Shown here: positions 9,645-19,517 of the stretch, piece by piece
How positions within the stretch are numbered: position 1 is the first letter of the stretch
How the letters are laid out: the number at the start of each line of letters is the position of its first letter
Source: Prevotella sp.
GTDB lineage: Bacteria > Bacteroidota > Bacteroidia > Bacteroidales > Bacteroidaceae
Direction: 5' to 3'
DNA length: 64,000 nt
Assembly: GCA_017556145.1 (NCBI GenBank)
Contig: JAFZCU010000045.1
Coordinates: 7,270 to 71,269, forward strand
Notes under the pieces: model-generated
Seen by the model: only the letters and a program-made list of their open reading frames with translations
The model's database searches: none
Told to the model about the DNA's origin: nothing
Program-made: the position numbers and the translations under genes

Positions 9645-10812
9645 CGCCTTTTTTGTTTTCTGCTTTCTGAGAGGCATTGCCACCGGATTTCTTCTTTTTC
9701 TTCTTTTTCTTGGCTTTGTCGAAGCGGCTGATATCACCCCCAGCCAGGTCTACATGCTGCTTGGCGGGTTTCGTATGGCCGTCTTCCTGTAGGGAGGCGG
9801 GTTTCTCCCCCCTTCGGTTCATCTCGATGATCTCCTTGGCGCGAGCAGCAGAGATGGTCTCCAGGTTGGCTGCAATGTTCTTGTCGGTGGAGTAGGTGAC
9901 AATCTCTGCGAGAATATCGCTTTTGAAGAGATAGTAATCGTTGTCGAGCGTCTGTAAGACGACATCTTTACCAGGCAACTTACGACTGGCTTCCAAATAA
10001 TCGTCCACCTCGTAATTCAGACAACATTTCAGTTTGGCACACATGCCTGCGAGTTTCTGGGGGTTCAGGGAGATTTCCTGAAAACGGGCGGCATTCGTGG
10101 AGACTGAGACAAAGTTCTTCATCCATGTGGCACAGCAGAGTTCACGGCCACAGGGACCGGTACCACCGATGCGTCCGGCTTCCTGACGGGCACCAATCTG
10201 CTTCATCTCAATGCGCACATGAAAGGCCGCTGCCAGATCCTTGATAAGCTGACGGAAGTCCACACGCTCGTCGGCGATGTAATAGAAGATGGCCTTGTTG
10301 CCATCGCCCTGATATTCCACATCACCGATTTTCATGTCGAGTCCAAGTCCCTTTGCGATGACGCGGCTCTCAATCATTGTCGAATGCTCGCGTGCCTTTG
10401 CTTCACGGAACTTCTGCATATCAATCTCACGGGCAATGCGGTAAACGCGCTTGATATCGTCGGCAGATTTCAGGTTCGCCTTCTTGATCTGGAGCTTCAC
10501 CAGCCTGCCAGTCAGGGTCACCACACCGATGTCATGGCCGGGACTGGCCTCTACGGCCACAATGTTGCCCTTCTTCAAAGGCAGGTTATTGACGTTGTGA
10601 TAATAGCCTTTACGCGTATGCTTGAACTGCACCTCCACCAAGTCGGTGTCTTCGGCATTGCCGGGTACATCGGCGAGCCAGTCGTAGGTGTTCAGTTGCC
10701 GGTCCTGACGACCCACAGCCTGATGACAGAGTCCTCTGTCACATCCCACCTTGATAGGCATATCGTTCTTCTTTTCTGTCATATCTTCAAGTTCTAATTC
10801 TTCACTATTCAT
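9637..10812 (-). CDS. ricT: PSP1/RicT (YaaT)-family protein
   Basis: FYYIADERVDFRQL, RIEMKQIGARQEA, GPCGRELCC, GMCAKLKCCLNYE motifs. Confidence 0.9.
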   Translation of the reverse strand: MNSEELELEDMTEKKNDMPIKVGCDRGLCHQAVGRQDRQLNTYDWLADVPGNAEDTDLVEVQFKHTRKGYYHNVNNLPLKKGNIVAVEASPGHDIGVVTLTGRLVKLQIKKANLKSADDIKRVYRIAREIDMQKFREAKAREHSTMIESRVIAKGLGLDMKIGDVEYQGDGNKAIFYYIADERVDFRQLIKDLAAAFHVRIEMKQIGARQEAGRIGGTGPCGRELCCATWMKNFVSVSTNAARFQEISLNPQKLAGMCAKLKCCLNYEVDDYLEASRKLPGKDVVLQTLDNDYYLFKSDILAEIVTYSTDKNIAANLETISAARAKEIIEMNRRGEKPASLQEDGHTKPAKQHVDLAGGDISRFDKAKKKKKKKKSGGNASQKAENKKGDA

Positions 10813-10829
10813 TTTTCACTTCTTATTTC

Positions 10830-11981
10830 TCACTTCTGCAACAGTAGTACGATCATCTGCAGGGCCAGGTCGAAGAATACAATCTTCGCGTTGGCATTCT
10901 GTCCGATGTCGCGGATAGCACGATTGGCCAATTCTGAAATGGCCAGAATATTATTCTCGTTGATGAAACGGGCGAAGTTCTTGGCAAAGTCCTCTTCCTT
11001 CTGTGTCATGTAGACCAATTCTTCCTGATGGAAATTGTACATGAAGTTCTCACGGCACATCTTGAGGAAGTAGGTCAACCACCGCTTCTGCTTTTCGCGT
11101 CCGTAGCCTGCCATCGTCTCGCTCCATTTGCGCAGGTCCTTGATTTTCCGCTGATAGGCCAGCCGCATCAGTGAAATATACATGTCAAGAAACAGCTCGT
11201 TCTCAGAGCCTACCTGCAATTCTTCGAGTGCACTGAGCCAATTGCCGTTTGCCAGACGGCTGATGCGACGTGCATCCTCTTCACTGATGCCCCGCTTATC
11301 GACGAGTGCCTGGGCGAGGCTTTCGTTATCAATCTTCTTGATGTCGATGCGCTGTACACGGCTGCGGATGGTTTCCAGCAGCTTGTCAGGTTCTTCGCAG
11401 ACCATGAGGAATACCGTCTGCTGCGGGGGTTCCTCGATGAGCTTCAGCAGTTTGTTGGCACATTCGATATTCATGCGCTCAGGGAGCCAGATAATGCTGA
11501 CCTTATAACCTCCCTGACTGGACTTGAGCGACAGCTTGCGTAGCAGGTCGTCACTTTCACCGGCAGTGATGATGGCTTGTTGGTTTTCGCCTCCCATCGC
11601 CTGCATCCATTGTTCCATCGTGAAGTAGGGACCGTCCATAATGAGTTCATGCCATTCTTTGGCAAAGTCGTCACTCACGGGCTTATGGTCCGTGCTCATC
11701 GAGGGCAGTTTGATGGTGGGATAGGTGAAGTGAAGGTCGGGATGCTCCAGTTTCTTCAGCATGGGGTGCTCTGAGTACTCCGAGTATTCTGAGTAATCCG
11801 AGTATTCCGAGTTATCCGATCTCTTCGACAGCAGATAACAGCCGAAGGCTATTGCCAAGGCCATCTTTCCTGCCCCCATAGGGCCACAGAGCATCAGCGC
11901 GTGGGGCAGACGGTCTTCTCTGACCATCTGTTTCAGGCGCTCCTGCGCTTCTCTCTGTCCTATCACCTCACTCCAAGTCAT
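10830..11981 (-). CDS. holB: DNA polymerase III subunit delta'
   Basis: HALMLCGPMGAGK, HPDLHF, ANKLLKLIEEPP, TIRSRVQ motifs. Confidence 0.92.
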   Translation of the reverse strand: MTWSEVIGQREAQERLKQMVREDRLPHALMLCGPMGAGKMALAIAFGCYLLSKRSDNSEYSDYSEYSEYSEHPMLKKLEHPDLHFTYPTIKLPSMSTDHKPVSDDFAKEWHELIMDGPYFTMEQWMQAMGGENQQAIITAGESDDLLRKLSLKSSQGGYKVSIIWLPERMNIECANKLLKLIEEPPQQTVFLMVCEEPDKLLETIRSRVQRIDIKKIDNESLAQALVDKRGISEEDARRISRLANGNWLSALEELQVGSENELFLDMYISLMRLAYQRKIKDLRKWSETMAGYGREKQKRWLTYFLKMCRENFMYNFHQEELVYMTQKEEDFAKNFARFINENNILAISELANRAIRDIGQNANAKIVFFDLALQMIVLLLQK

Positions 11982-11991
11982 ATTATTATTC

Positions 11992-12124
11992 TCACACAGA
12001 TCTCACGGATCTCACAGATTATTTAATCCTTTGGATTATTTCATTGTCGCTTGCGACAAATATCTGTGAGATCTGAGAGATCTGTGTGACGTTATTTATC
12101 TGTTTCATCTGCGTAATCTGTGGG
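11992..12124. repeat. Intergenic hairpin element with arms built from 9-mer (CACAGATCT-like) repeats
   Basis: Arms 11992-12019 and 12062-12089 are reverse-complementary at 26/28. Two inner hairpins, plus three more ATCTG units at 12098-12124. Confidence 0.85.
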
Positions 12125-12129
12125 TTTAT

Positions 12130-13077
12130 TTATAGCAATCGCTTTGCGACTTCTGCGACGCTGTCTACGGCCGAGACAGTATAGAAGTGAATATTATTCA
12201 CCCCATGCTGATACAGTTCACGACATTGGGCCGTGGTCCATTCGATGCCTAACTGTCGGGCATCGTCGTCGGTCTTGCACTTTACGATTTCCTTGGCCAG
12301 TGGCTCGGGAATATCGCAGTGGAAGGTCTTGGGCACGACAGTCAGTTGTGATAGCTTTGCCAGTGGTTTGATGCCTGGGATGATGGGAATGGTAATGCCC
12401 ATAGCCCGTGCCTTTTCCACGAATGAGAAGTATTTCTCGTTGTCAAAGAACAATTGTGTCACCGCATATTGTGCTCCCAGGTCCTGCTTTTGCTTCAGAT
12501 ACTCCATGTCGCGTTCCAGGTTCGGCGATTCCTCATGCTTCTCCGGATAGCAGGCCACACCATAGTCGAAGGGTTTGCCAGGGTGCTTGATAGGTGTGCC
12601 GTCGGCAAAGAATCCCTCGTTGAAGCGCTTCACCTGCTGAATCAGTTCCGTAGTGTGGGCATGACCCCCGGGCGTTGGCACAAACCGGCTGTCTTCCTTG
12701 GCCTTGTCGCCACGGAGCAGGAGCAGGTCGCTGATACCCAGGAACTGCAGGTCGAGCAACTCATATTCGATAGTTTCGATGGTTGCACCACTGCAGATGA
12801 TGTGCGGCTGCACGGGGACGTGGTATCTTTGCTGGATGGCAGCAGCGATGGCTATCGTACCAGGACGGCGACGGATGCGCTGCCTTTCAAACTGCCCATT
12901 CTCCAGTTCCTTATACACAAACTCAGAGTGGTGTGTTGTAATGTTGATATAGGCAGGGTCAAACTCCTTCAGCTTGTCGATATCGGCAAACAGTTTATCG
13001 GTGCCCGTCCCTTTTAGCGGGGGCAGCACCTCAAAGGAGAATCGTCTGCGGTCTTTATCTAAGTTCAGTATACTCAT
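12130..13077 (-). CDS. metF: Methylenetetrahydrofolate reductase
   Basis: FSFEVLPP, LRGD, VACYPEKH, TQLFFDN, HFYT motifs. Start moved to ATG 13077. Confidence 0.93.
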   Translation of the reverse strand: MSILNLDKDRRRFSFEVLPPLKGTGTDKLFADIDKLKEFDPAYINITTHHSEFVYKELENGQFERQRIRRRPGTIAIAAAIQQRYHVPVQPHIICSGATIETIEYELLDLQFLGISDLLLLRGDKAKEDSRFVPTPGGHAHTTELIQQVKRFNEGFFADGTPIKHPGKPFDYGVACYPEKHEESPNLERDMEYLKQKQDLGAQYAVTQLFFDNEKYFSFVEKARAMGITIPIIPGIKPLAKLSQLTVVPKTFHCDIPEPLAKEIVKCKTDDDARQLGIEWTTAQCRELYQHGVNNIHFYTVSAVDSVAEVAKRLL

Positions 13078-13096
13078 AATCCGCTGCAAAATTAAT

Positions 13097-13135
13097 AAAA
13101 AAATACGGCAAATCATCAGATTTGCCGTATTTTTT
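13097..13135 (-). terminator. Rho-independent terminator after the GH51 gene
   Basis: aaaaaatacggcaaatc-atca-gatttgccgtatttttt hairpin flanked by A/T tracts. Confidence 0.75.
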
Positions 13136-13155
13136 GAGAAAAACCGTTGAAACAC

Positions 13156-15174
13156 TTATTTCTTTACCTTATAAAGTCGGAACGACAAGGCGGGTACATC
13201 ATCGAGTAGCAGGGTCGAACCCTTGCCGGCATCGAGTTTCAGCATACCGTTCTTCGGCGTGATCTTCTCAGGATTGTCGAGCGTGTTTTCATCGTCCATC
13301 CCATTGTGCGAGAGGGTGATGGTCTGAGCCGTACGCTCGCCCTTCATGCCTGTCAGCTGGATACTGATGGGCTGAGCCGTCTTCGAGGTGTTGACCACCT
13401 TGATGATGACTTCACCGCTGTTCTTGTCGAAGACAGACGAGGCGAACAGTCCGTCCTGGCCTTCCTGTCCGGCCACAGGCTTCTTATTCATCGTCAGTGG
13501 CAGTACATTGGTACCCTTGTTCATGGCATACATCTGCTGCACATAGTAGCTGACCGACTTGAACATACGGAGGTTGTCGAACCAGATGGCATCCGGACGC
13601 CACTGCCAGCCCTCGATATGGGCGAAGAGCGGGGCATAGGTAGCCATGTGTACGATGTCGGCATTGCGCTCGATACCGGTCATGTGGGCAGCCTCTAATA
13701 ATGAGGTATAATAGTGATTCCACTTGTGACCGTTGCTACCATGGCAGGCATACTCACCGGCAAACACCTTCGGACCTTTGCGGTCGTAGCTGTCGTAACG
13801 CAGTCCATGCGAAAGGAACCACTGCTCGTTGCGGTAGTAGTGCTCGTCGTAGAGGTCTACCTTCAGCTCCTTCATCCGGGGCTGAAGCAGGTCGAAATCC
13901 CAGCCTTCGGAGTTGGGGCCTGTAGTGCCGATGAGCTTCAGGTCGGGATACTTGGCACGGAGTGCAGCGTTGAACTTCTTCAAGCGCTCCGTAAAGACTG
14001 GACCGTAACCGCCGTGCTGCTCGTCGTAGTCCCACTGTTCGTTGCCGACAGCGAGGTACTTCAGGTTGAAGGGCTCGGGATGGCCCATGTCAGCACGTAC
14101 CTTACCCCATTTCGAGTCAATAGGACCGTTGGCGAATTCCACCAGGTCGAGGGCATCCTGTATATAGCTGTCGAGATCGTCGACTGCCACGTGTACACCG
14201 GGCTTCGTGGGGTCAGGGTTCTGGAACTGACAGCTCAATCCGCAACTGATGACGGGCAGGGCCTCGCAGCCGAAGTCTTCGCAGAGCTGGAAGAACTCGA
14301 AGAAACCAAGACCGTAACTCTGGTAGTAGTCGGGGAAGAAACGGTAGCCGAAAGTGTAGTGCCAACGGTTCTCGTTCAGCGGACGGTTCTCAACGGGACC
14401 CACGCTGTTCTTCCACTGGTAGCGGGTCTCCAGGTCGGTTCCCTCTACGATACAGCCACCCGGGAAACGGAACACGCCGGGGTGCATGTCATAAAGGGCC
14501 TGGGCCAGGTCTTTACGCATACCGTTCTCACGACCTTTCCAAGTGTCGGTGGGAAAGAGGGAGATGTGCTCCACATCCGTCGTCGACTTGTCACCAGCCA
14601 GGAAGATGCGCAAAGCGCCCTTGGTCTCCGTGCGGGGTGATTTCAGTTCTGCAGTGTACTTCTTCCAGTCCTTGCCGCTGATGTTCACCTTGACCGTTGC
14701 AAAACGCTGGTCTTCGTCCATCGTGTCATTGTCTACAAGACTCACTTCGAGTGTCGACTTTCCACCCTCGGGGCAGCGAGCCCAAAGGGAGAAACGGTAG
14801 GTGGCATCTTTCTTGACGGCGATACCGAAGAATCCTTCATTCTCCAGACCTGTATACTTATCGCGGTGGCCAGAGAAGGAGAGGCGTACGTAGTGGGGAT
14901 TGCGGTCGAAGGGACCGTCGTTGCGCACCTCAAACCTGCCGTAGGCGCGCCAGCCCATCAGACTCTGGGGGAATTCAAACGAGCGGTTCTTCACCATCTC
15001 AGCATACAGACCGCCATCGGCAGCGTAGTTGATGTCTTCAAAGAAGATGCCGTACATCGTCGGCTGTACCGGGGCGCCGATCTTTTTGGTGTTCACCTCC
15101 ATCACGTGGGTTTGAGCCGACAAGGAGAGGGCTGAAACAAATGTCAGAATACTGACTGAAAATCTTAATTTCAT
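13156..15174 (-). CDS. Alpha-L-arabinofuranosidase, GH51, secreted
   Basis: Signal peptide; YGIFFEDIN, RFPGGC, GNEQW, DEHYY, FAGEYA, MATYAPLF motifs. Confidence 0.92.
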   Translation of the reverse strand: MKLRFSVSILTFVSALSLSAQTHVMEVNTKKIGAPVQPTMYGIFFEDINYAADGGLYAEMVKNRSFEFPQSLMGWRAYGRFEVRNDGPFDRNPHYVRLSFSGHRDKYTGLENEGFFGIAVKKDATYRFSLWARCPEGGKSTLEVSLVDNDTMDEDQRFATVKVNISGKDWKKYTAELKSPRTETKGALRIFLAGDKSTTDVEHISLFPTDTWKGRENGMRKDLAQALYDMHPGVFRFPGGCIVEGTDLETRYQWKNSVGPVENRPLNENRWHYTFGYRFFPDYYQSYGLGFFEFFQLCEDFGCEALPVISCGLSCQFQNPDPTKPGVHVAVDDLDSYIQDALDLVEFANGPIDSKWGKVRADMGHPEPFNLKYLAVGNEQWDYDEQHGGYGPVFTERLKKFNAALRAKYPDLKLIGTTGPNSEGWDFDLLQPRMKELKVDLYDEHYYRNEQWFLSHGLRYDSYDRKGPKVFAGEYACHGSNGHKWNHYYTSLLEAAHMTGIERNADIVHMATYAPLFAHIEGWQWRPDAIWFDNLRMFKSVSYYVQQMYAMNKGTNVLPLTMNKKPVAGQEGQDGLFASSVFDKNSGEVIIKVVNTSKTAQPISIQLTGMKGERTAQTITLSHNGMDDENTLDNPEKITPKNGMLKLDAGKGSTLLLDDVPALSFRLYKVKK

Positions 15175-15334
15175 TGCATTTTGATTTTAAAAGTGATTAG
15201 TTTTTTCTTTTTCTGATGCAAAATTAGTTAAAAAAACGATGAAATACTTGTATTTTCAAATTAAAGTTGTAATTTTGTGAATTATTAAGATAAAAATGAA
15301 TCAAAAAACTATCTATTAAATAAAAAAGAGTGAT

Positions 15335-15691
15335 ATGAAGAGAATTTTAATAGCGGAAGACAACGACAGCAACTTTATCCTGATGACGTACATCTTGAAG
15401 AAGTATTATGAGTATGATCGTGCCAGAAACGGTAAGGAGGCAGTTGAAATGGTAGACAAAAGCACTTATGATATGGTGCTGATGGATATCAAGATGCCCG
15501 TCATGGATGGTCTGGAGGCAACGAAAGCCATCAAGGAGAACCATCCTGACCTTCCCATAGTAGCCTTGACGGCTAATGCTTTCGACAGCGACCGTCAGTT
15601 TGCACTGATGGCAGGCTGCAATGATTTCCTGGCAAAACCGGTGAGTAGTGAGCATTGTCTTAAGACCATCCGTAATCTGATAGGAGAGTAG
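15335..15691 (+). CDS. Single-domain response regulator (CheY-like receiver)
   Basis: ILIAEDN, LMDIKMPVMDG, ALTA, AKP motifs. Confidence 0.92.
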   Translation: MKRILIAEDNDSNFILMTYILKKYYEYDRARNGKEAVEMVDKSTYDMVLMDIKMPVMDGLEATKAIKENHPDLPIVALTANAFDSDRQFALMAGCNDFLAKPVSSEHCLKTIRNLIGE

Positions 15692-15709
15692 GCTTCTTGG
15701 CTAAAAAAC

Positions 15710-15738
15710 AAAAAAGGGCACCGCAGTGTCCTTTTTTT
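15710..15738. terminator. Bidirectional terminator between the response regulator and tRNA-Lys
   Basis: aaaaaagggcac-cgca-gtgtccttttttt. Confidence 0.75.
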
Positions 15739-15751
15739 GTTAGGCAGGAAG

Positions 15752-15824
15752 TGATCCGTTTGGGGCTCGAACCCAAGACCCCAACATTAAAAGTGTTGTG
15801 CTCTACCGACTGAGCTAACGGATC
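15752..15824 (-). tRNA. tRNA-Lys (TTT)
   Basis: Reverse complement GATCCGTTAGCTCAGTCGGTAGAGCA-CAACA CT TTT AA TGTTG-GGGTCTTGGGTTCGAGCCCCAAACGGATCA folds as a 73-nt cloverleaf. Confidence 0.96.
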
Positions 15825-15840
15825 TACCTTAGGGTGCAAT

Positions 15841-15893
15841 GATGGTGCAAACCGAATGCAGAAAGCTCGCTTTTTGCTGAGGTGCAGCCCATC
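15841..15893. repeat. Imperfect palindromic element in the tRNA-Lys leader
   Basis: gatggtgca...gcagaaagc-tc-gctttttgc...tgcagcccatc nested stems, between the -7 box (15921-15928, minus strand) and the tRNA. Confidence 0.55.
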
Positions 15894-15953
15894 TTCGCAA
15901 GCGATTTTTAAAATCGCGTGCAAAGGTACAACCTTTTTTTGAATCTGCCAAAT

Positions 15954-16559
15954 TTATTTGGATGTTTTTTCTTCTTTGGCCTTTTCTTCGGCGATTGCCT
16001 TCTGGTAGCACTCCCTACATAAAGGCTCATATTCTTGCGTTTCTCCAAGCAGTACGCGCTTGTCATTCTGGACGGTACGGTGACTGACGTAGGCCAGATT
16101 GCCGCATTTCACACAGATGGCATGCACCTTCGTCACATCGTCGGCAATGGCGCAGAGGGCTGGCATCGGTCCGAAGGGAATGCCCTTGTAGTCCATGTCG
16201 AGACCAGCAATGATGACACGCACACCACGGTTTGCCAATTCGTTGCATACATCCACCAGTCCCATGTCGAAGAACTGTGCCTCGTCGATACCTACCACAT
16301 CGATATTCGAAGTCAGCAACAGGATACTGGCAGAGGAGTCGATGGGGGTGGACTGAATATGCTTCTGGTCGTGACTTACGACATCCTCCTCAGAGTATCT
16401 TACATCGATGGCGGGCTTGAAGATTTCCACCCGCTGCTTGGCGAATTGGGCACGCCGCAGTCTTCTGATCAACTCCTCCGTTTTTCCGGAAAACATAGAT
16501 CCGCACACTACTTCTATTCTACCAGGGCGATGAGACTCGCCAGAGATAAATTCTGCCAT
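15954..16559 (-). CDS. tdk: Thymidine kinase
   Basis: [38 protein letters not shown] motifs. Start moved to ATG 16559. Confidence 0.96.
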   Translation of the reverse strand: MAEFISGESHRPGRIEVVCGSMFSGKTEELIRRLRRAQFAKQRVEIFKPAIDVRYSEEDVVSHDQKHIQSTPIDSSASILLLTSNIDVVGIDEAQFFDMGLVDVCNELANRGVRVIIAGLDMDYKGIPFGPMPALCAIADDVTKVHAICVKCGNLAYVSHRTVQNDKRVLLGETQEYEPLCRECYQKAIAEEKAKEEKTSK

Positions 16560-16666
16560 TTTCTTTCTAATTTTGATGCAAAAATACAAATACGTTTTAA
16601 AAATTGCAAAGATTTTAGCGTTTTTTTTGTCTGTTAAGATTATTTGGACTATATTTGTAGCGAATT

Positions 16667-17368
16667 ATGGGCATATTGTATATCGTTCCCACTCCTGTCG
16701 GGAACATGGAAGATATGACTTTCCGTGCCGTCCGCATATTAAAAGAGGTGGATTTGGTGTTGGCAGAGGATACTCGCACGTCGGGTATCTTACTGAAGCA
16801 TTATGAAATCAAAAATGCCCTAATGTCACATCATAAGTTTAATGAGCATGGTACGAGTGCCGGCATTGTCAATCGTCTGCTGGCGGGTGAGAATGTCGCC
16901 CTCATCAGCGATGCAGGCACGCCAGGCATCAGCGACCCCGGATTTTTCCTGGTGCGTGAAGCTGTCAGGGCTGGGGTAGAGGTGCAGTGTCTGCCAGGCG
17001 CAACGGCCTTTGTGCCGGCTTTGGTGTCGAGTGGTCTGCCTTGCGACCGTTTTGCCTTTGAGGGCTTCTTGCCTCAGAAGAAAGGCCGTCAGACGAAACT
17101 CTTGTCGCTGAAGGACGAAGAGCGCACCATGATTTTCTACGAGTCGCCCTTCCGTTTGGTGAAGACCCTCCAGCAGTTTGCCGAGGTATATGGCGGCGAG
17201 CGTCAGGTGAGCGTCTGCCGTGAGATCTCGAAGGTGCATGAGGAAAGCGTGCGCGGTTCGTTAGACGAGGTAATAGCCCATTTCAAGGAGAAGGAGCCGA
17301 AGGGGGAGATTGTCATCGTGCTGGCGGGGAAGAATTGTAAAAGTGAAGATAATAAATTGTCTAATTAA
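16667..17368 (+). CDS. rsmI: 16S rRNA (cytidine1402-2'-O)-methyltransferase
   Basis: LYIVPTPVGN, AEDTR, SDAGTPGISDPG, FEGFLP, YESPFR motifs. Confidence 0.95.
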   Translation: MGILYIVPTPVGNMEDMTFRAVRILKEVDLVLAEDTRTSGILLKHYEIKNALMSHHKFNEHGTSAGIVNRLLAGENVALISDAGTPGISDPGFFLVREAVRAGVEVQCLPGATAFVPALVSSGLPCDRFAFEGFLPQKKGRQTKLLSLKDEERTMIFYESPFRLVKTLQQFAEVYGGERQVSVCREISKVHEESVRGSLDEVIAHFKEKEPKGEIVIVLAGKNCKSEDNKLSN

Positions 17369-17379
17369 ATAAAAGCATT

Positions 17380-18246
17380 ATGAAGAAATTATTCATTCTG
17401 GCCGTTTGTGCACTGACCATCGTCAGTTGTAAGAATGAGGCTCCGAAACAGGACCTCGCGGCTATTCAGTTGCGTGATTCACTGAATCAGATTATTGCCC
17501 AGAAGGACAATGAGATCAACGACATGATTGCCACCTTTGGTGATATCGAGGAAGGATTCCGTGAGATTACCGAGGCTCAGAGCCGTGTCACACTTGCCAA
17601 GCAGGGTGAGGGTACCAATTCTGCCAAGCGCATCAAGGAGAATATGCAGTTCATCCAGCAGACCATGCGTCAGAACAAGGAACTCATCAACAAACTGAAG
17701 CAACAGTTGCGCGAGAGCTCCTTCAAGAGCGAACAGCTGAAGAAACTTATCGACAACATGCAGCAGCAACTTGAGGAGAAAGAGGCTCAGCTGCAGGCTC
17801 TGCGTGAGGAACTTGACAAGAAGGACATCCATATTGCCGAGCTCGACGAGACGGTGGCTAACCTGAATACCGACGTGAACGAGCTGACAGAGGAAACCAC
17901 CCAGAAGTCGCAGACCATCAGCCAGCAGGACAAGCAGCTGCATACCGCCTGGTTCGTATTTGGTACGAAGGATGAGCTCAAGAAGCAGAACATCCTGACG
18001 AAAGACGGCATGTTCAGCAAGACCAGACTGCTGGAGAAGGACTTCAACAGAGACTACTTCACAAAGATCGATATCCGCATCGACAAGGAGATCAAGCTCT
18101 ACAGCAAGTCGGCAGAGATGCTTACCTCGCACCCCTCAAGTTCTTACACCCTGGCTCCTGATGCCAACAAGCAGTATGTGCTCCGCATCACCGATCCGAA
18201 TCTCTTCTGGTCTACCAGCAAGTATCTGGTGATTCAGGTGAAGTAA
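17380..18246 (+). CDS. Coiled-coil lipoprotein (conserved Bacteroidales type, Cbp1-like)
   Basis: Lipobox IVSC, long heptad coiled coil, C-terminal beta domain ending FWSTSKYLVIQVK. Confidence 0.7.
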   Translation: MKKLFILAVCALTIVSCKNEAPKQDLAAIQLRDSLNQIIAQKDNEINDMIATFGDIEEGFREITEAQSRVTLAKQGEGTNSAKRIKENMQFIQQTMRQNKELINKLKQQLRESSFKSEQLKKLIDNMQQQLEEKEAQLQALREELDKKDIHIAELDETVANLNTDVNELTEETTQKSQTISQQDKQLHTAWFVFGTKDELKKQNILTKDGMFSKTRLLEKDFNRDYFTKIDIRIDKEIKLYSKSAEMLTSHPSSSYTLAPDANKQYVLRITDPNLFWSTSKYLVIQVK

Positions 18247-18515
18247 ACGGAAGCGCCCTTAACGCGCGTACATTATCACTTATATATGATAAAATATCAG
18301 CCCTCGCCCCTCCGGCGGGGGTTGATTGCTTAGAAAGGGGTGTAACGTCCATCAGCACCTTACCGCCCATGTGGTTCTCGACGCGCACCATTTCATGCTG
18401 TTTGGCACCTGGAGCCCGACGCACCTGCGAGTTCGTCTGATTCACCAAACGGCGGATGTCGTGCGACATCTTCTGTGAACTCAGTGGGGACGGTTCTGAG
18501 TGAGTCCTAAAAGAA

Positions 18516-18545
18516 AAAGAGCATCGGAATTATCTGATGCTCTTT
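18516..18545. terminator. Terminator hairpin downstream of the orphan CTD fragment
   Basis: aaagagcatcgga-atta-tctgatgctcttt. Confidence 0.7.
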
Positions 18546-18591
18546 CTTAGTTTATCGGGGTTCTTATCAGCACCCTCTTTACATTAAGTTC

Positions 18592-18759
18592 TTACTTCTT
18601 CAGCATCTTCTTGCCGTTGACGATGTAGACACCAGCAGGCAGACCATCCAATGAAGTCACACGCTGGAGCACCTGACGACCCCCCAGATCATAGACATCA
18701 AACGGCTCCTCAGCAGCGGGTGTCTCAACGATCTCGATACCTGTCACTATGGTTGCTAA
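18592..18759 (-). pseudogene. Orphan C-terminal secretion-signal (T9SS CTD-like) fragment
   Basis: TGIEIV...VYDLGGRQV...LPAGVYIVNGKKMLKK* resembles the Prevotella-type CTD. No ATG start and no passenger domain. Confidence 0.65.
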
Positions 18760-18864
18760 GACGCTACAAAGATACAACTCTTCGCGTTAAAATCAAAAAA
18801 ACAAAGAAAAGTTATCTAGGTTTAACTTTTCTTTGTTTTCACCGCCTGCGAGGGCTTTGCGCGC

Positions 18865-19281
18865 CTATTTGTTATTATCCAGTTGCTTGGTAAATTCCTT
18901 GATGGTAATGACGATTAGCTTCGGCCAGTCAATGTGCTTGAGTACGTTGAAATGGGAGTCGTTGGTGACGATGTACTCGGCATCGGCAGCCACGGCGCAG
19001 TCCACGAACTTGTTATCGTCGGGGTCGGCGTCAATCAGCCCAAAGTGGATATAGACTTCCTGAAACTCAGTGGTGTGTAGGCGGGCAATGGCCTCGACTA
19101 CGTTGTGAGCAATCTCCGGGGTTGTCTTCTGGGCAAGGATTTCCTCATACTCGTTGAGTATGTCGGTATTGACGCACAGGGTGATGCGGCCTGCGAGCAC
19201 CTCGGTCCATATCTTGTGATACGGACTGCGCGAAGGCAGGGCCTGCAGCAGACAGTTGGTATCAAGGACGACGCGTCTCAT
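18865..19281 (-). CDS. PIN-domain toxin (VapC-like)
   Basis: VVLDTNCL, EYEEIL, DPDDNKFVDCAVAADAEYIVTNDSHF motifs. Start moved to ATG 19281, overlapping the upstream small gene. Confidence 0.88.
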   Translation of the reverse strand: MRRVVLDTNCLLQALPSRSPYHKIWTEVLAGRITLCVNTDILNEYEEILAQKTTPEIAHNVVEAIARLHTTEFQEVYIHFGLIDADPDDNKFVDCAVAADAEYIVTNDSHFNVLKHIDWPKLIVITIKEFTKQLDNNK

Positions 19282-19492
19282 AGCCGTAGGGGGTGCGCAT
19301 GTGCTCTGCGCCCCATTGCTCGATGGTTTCCTCGTTGATAACTCCCTCGTCCCACAGCGCGTCGATGGCCTTCTGTGCCTTCTGCGCAAAGAAGTTAGCT
19401 ACGAGGTTCTTGAACTCGTTCAGTTCTGCCTCAGAGCTAATGTTGTTCAGCGCGTTCAGCAGCTCCAGCTGTGCCATTTGTGAATAACTCAT
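19262..19492 (-). CDS. Putative antitoxin
   Basis: 76-aa acidic helical protein overlapping the PIN gene start by 20 nt; has its own -7 box (TATCTTTG, 19520-19527, minus strand). Confidence 0.72.
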   Translation of the reverse strand: MSYSQMAQLELLNALNNISSEAELNEFKNLVANFFAQKAQKAIDALWDEGVINEETIEQWGAEHMRTPYGYETRRP

Positions 19493-19517
19493 ATCGATTC
19501 GTGTTTAGATATCCGCG

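Noticed and set aside
15752-15824. tRNA-Lys or tRNA-Pro as integration site for the accessory block
   Set aside because: No duplicated tRNA 3' end and no integrase were seen; tRNA-Lys is flanked by core genes.
18212-18469. 85-aa minus-strand ORF (MSHDIRRLVNQ...)
   Set aside because: No recognisable motif or promoter. It runs through a terminator-like hairpin and overlaps the end of the upstream gene. A remnant cannot be excluded.
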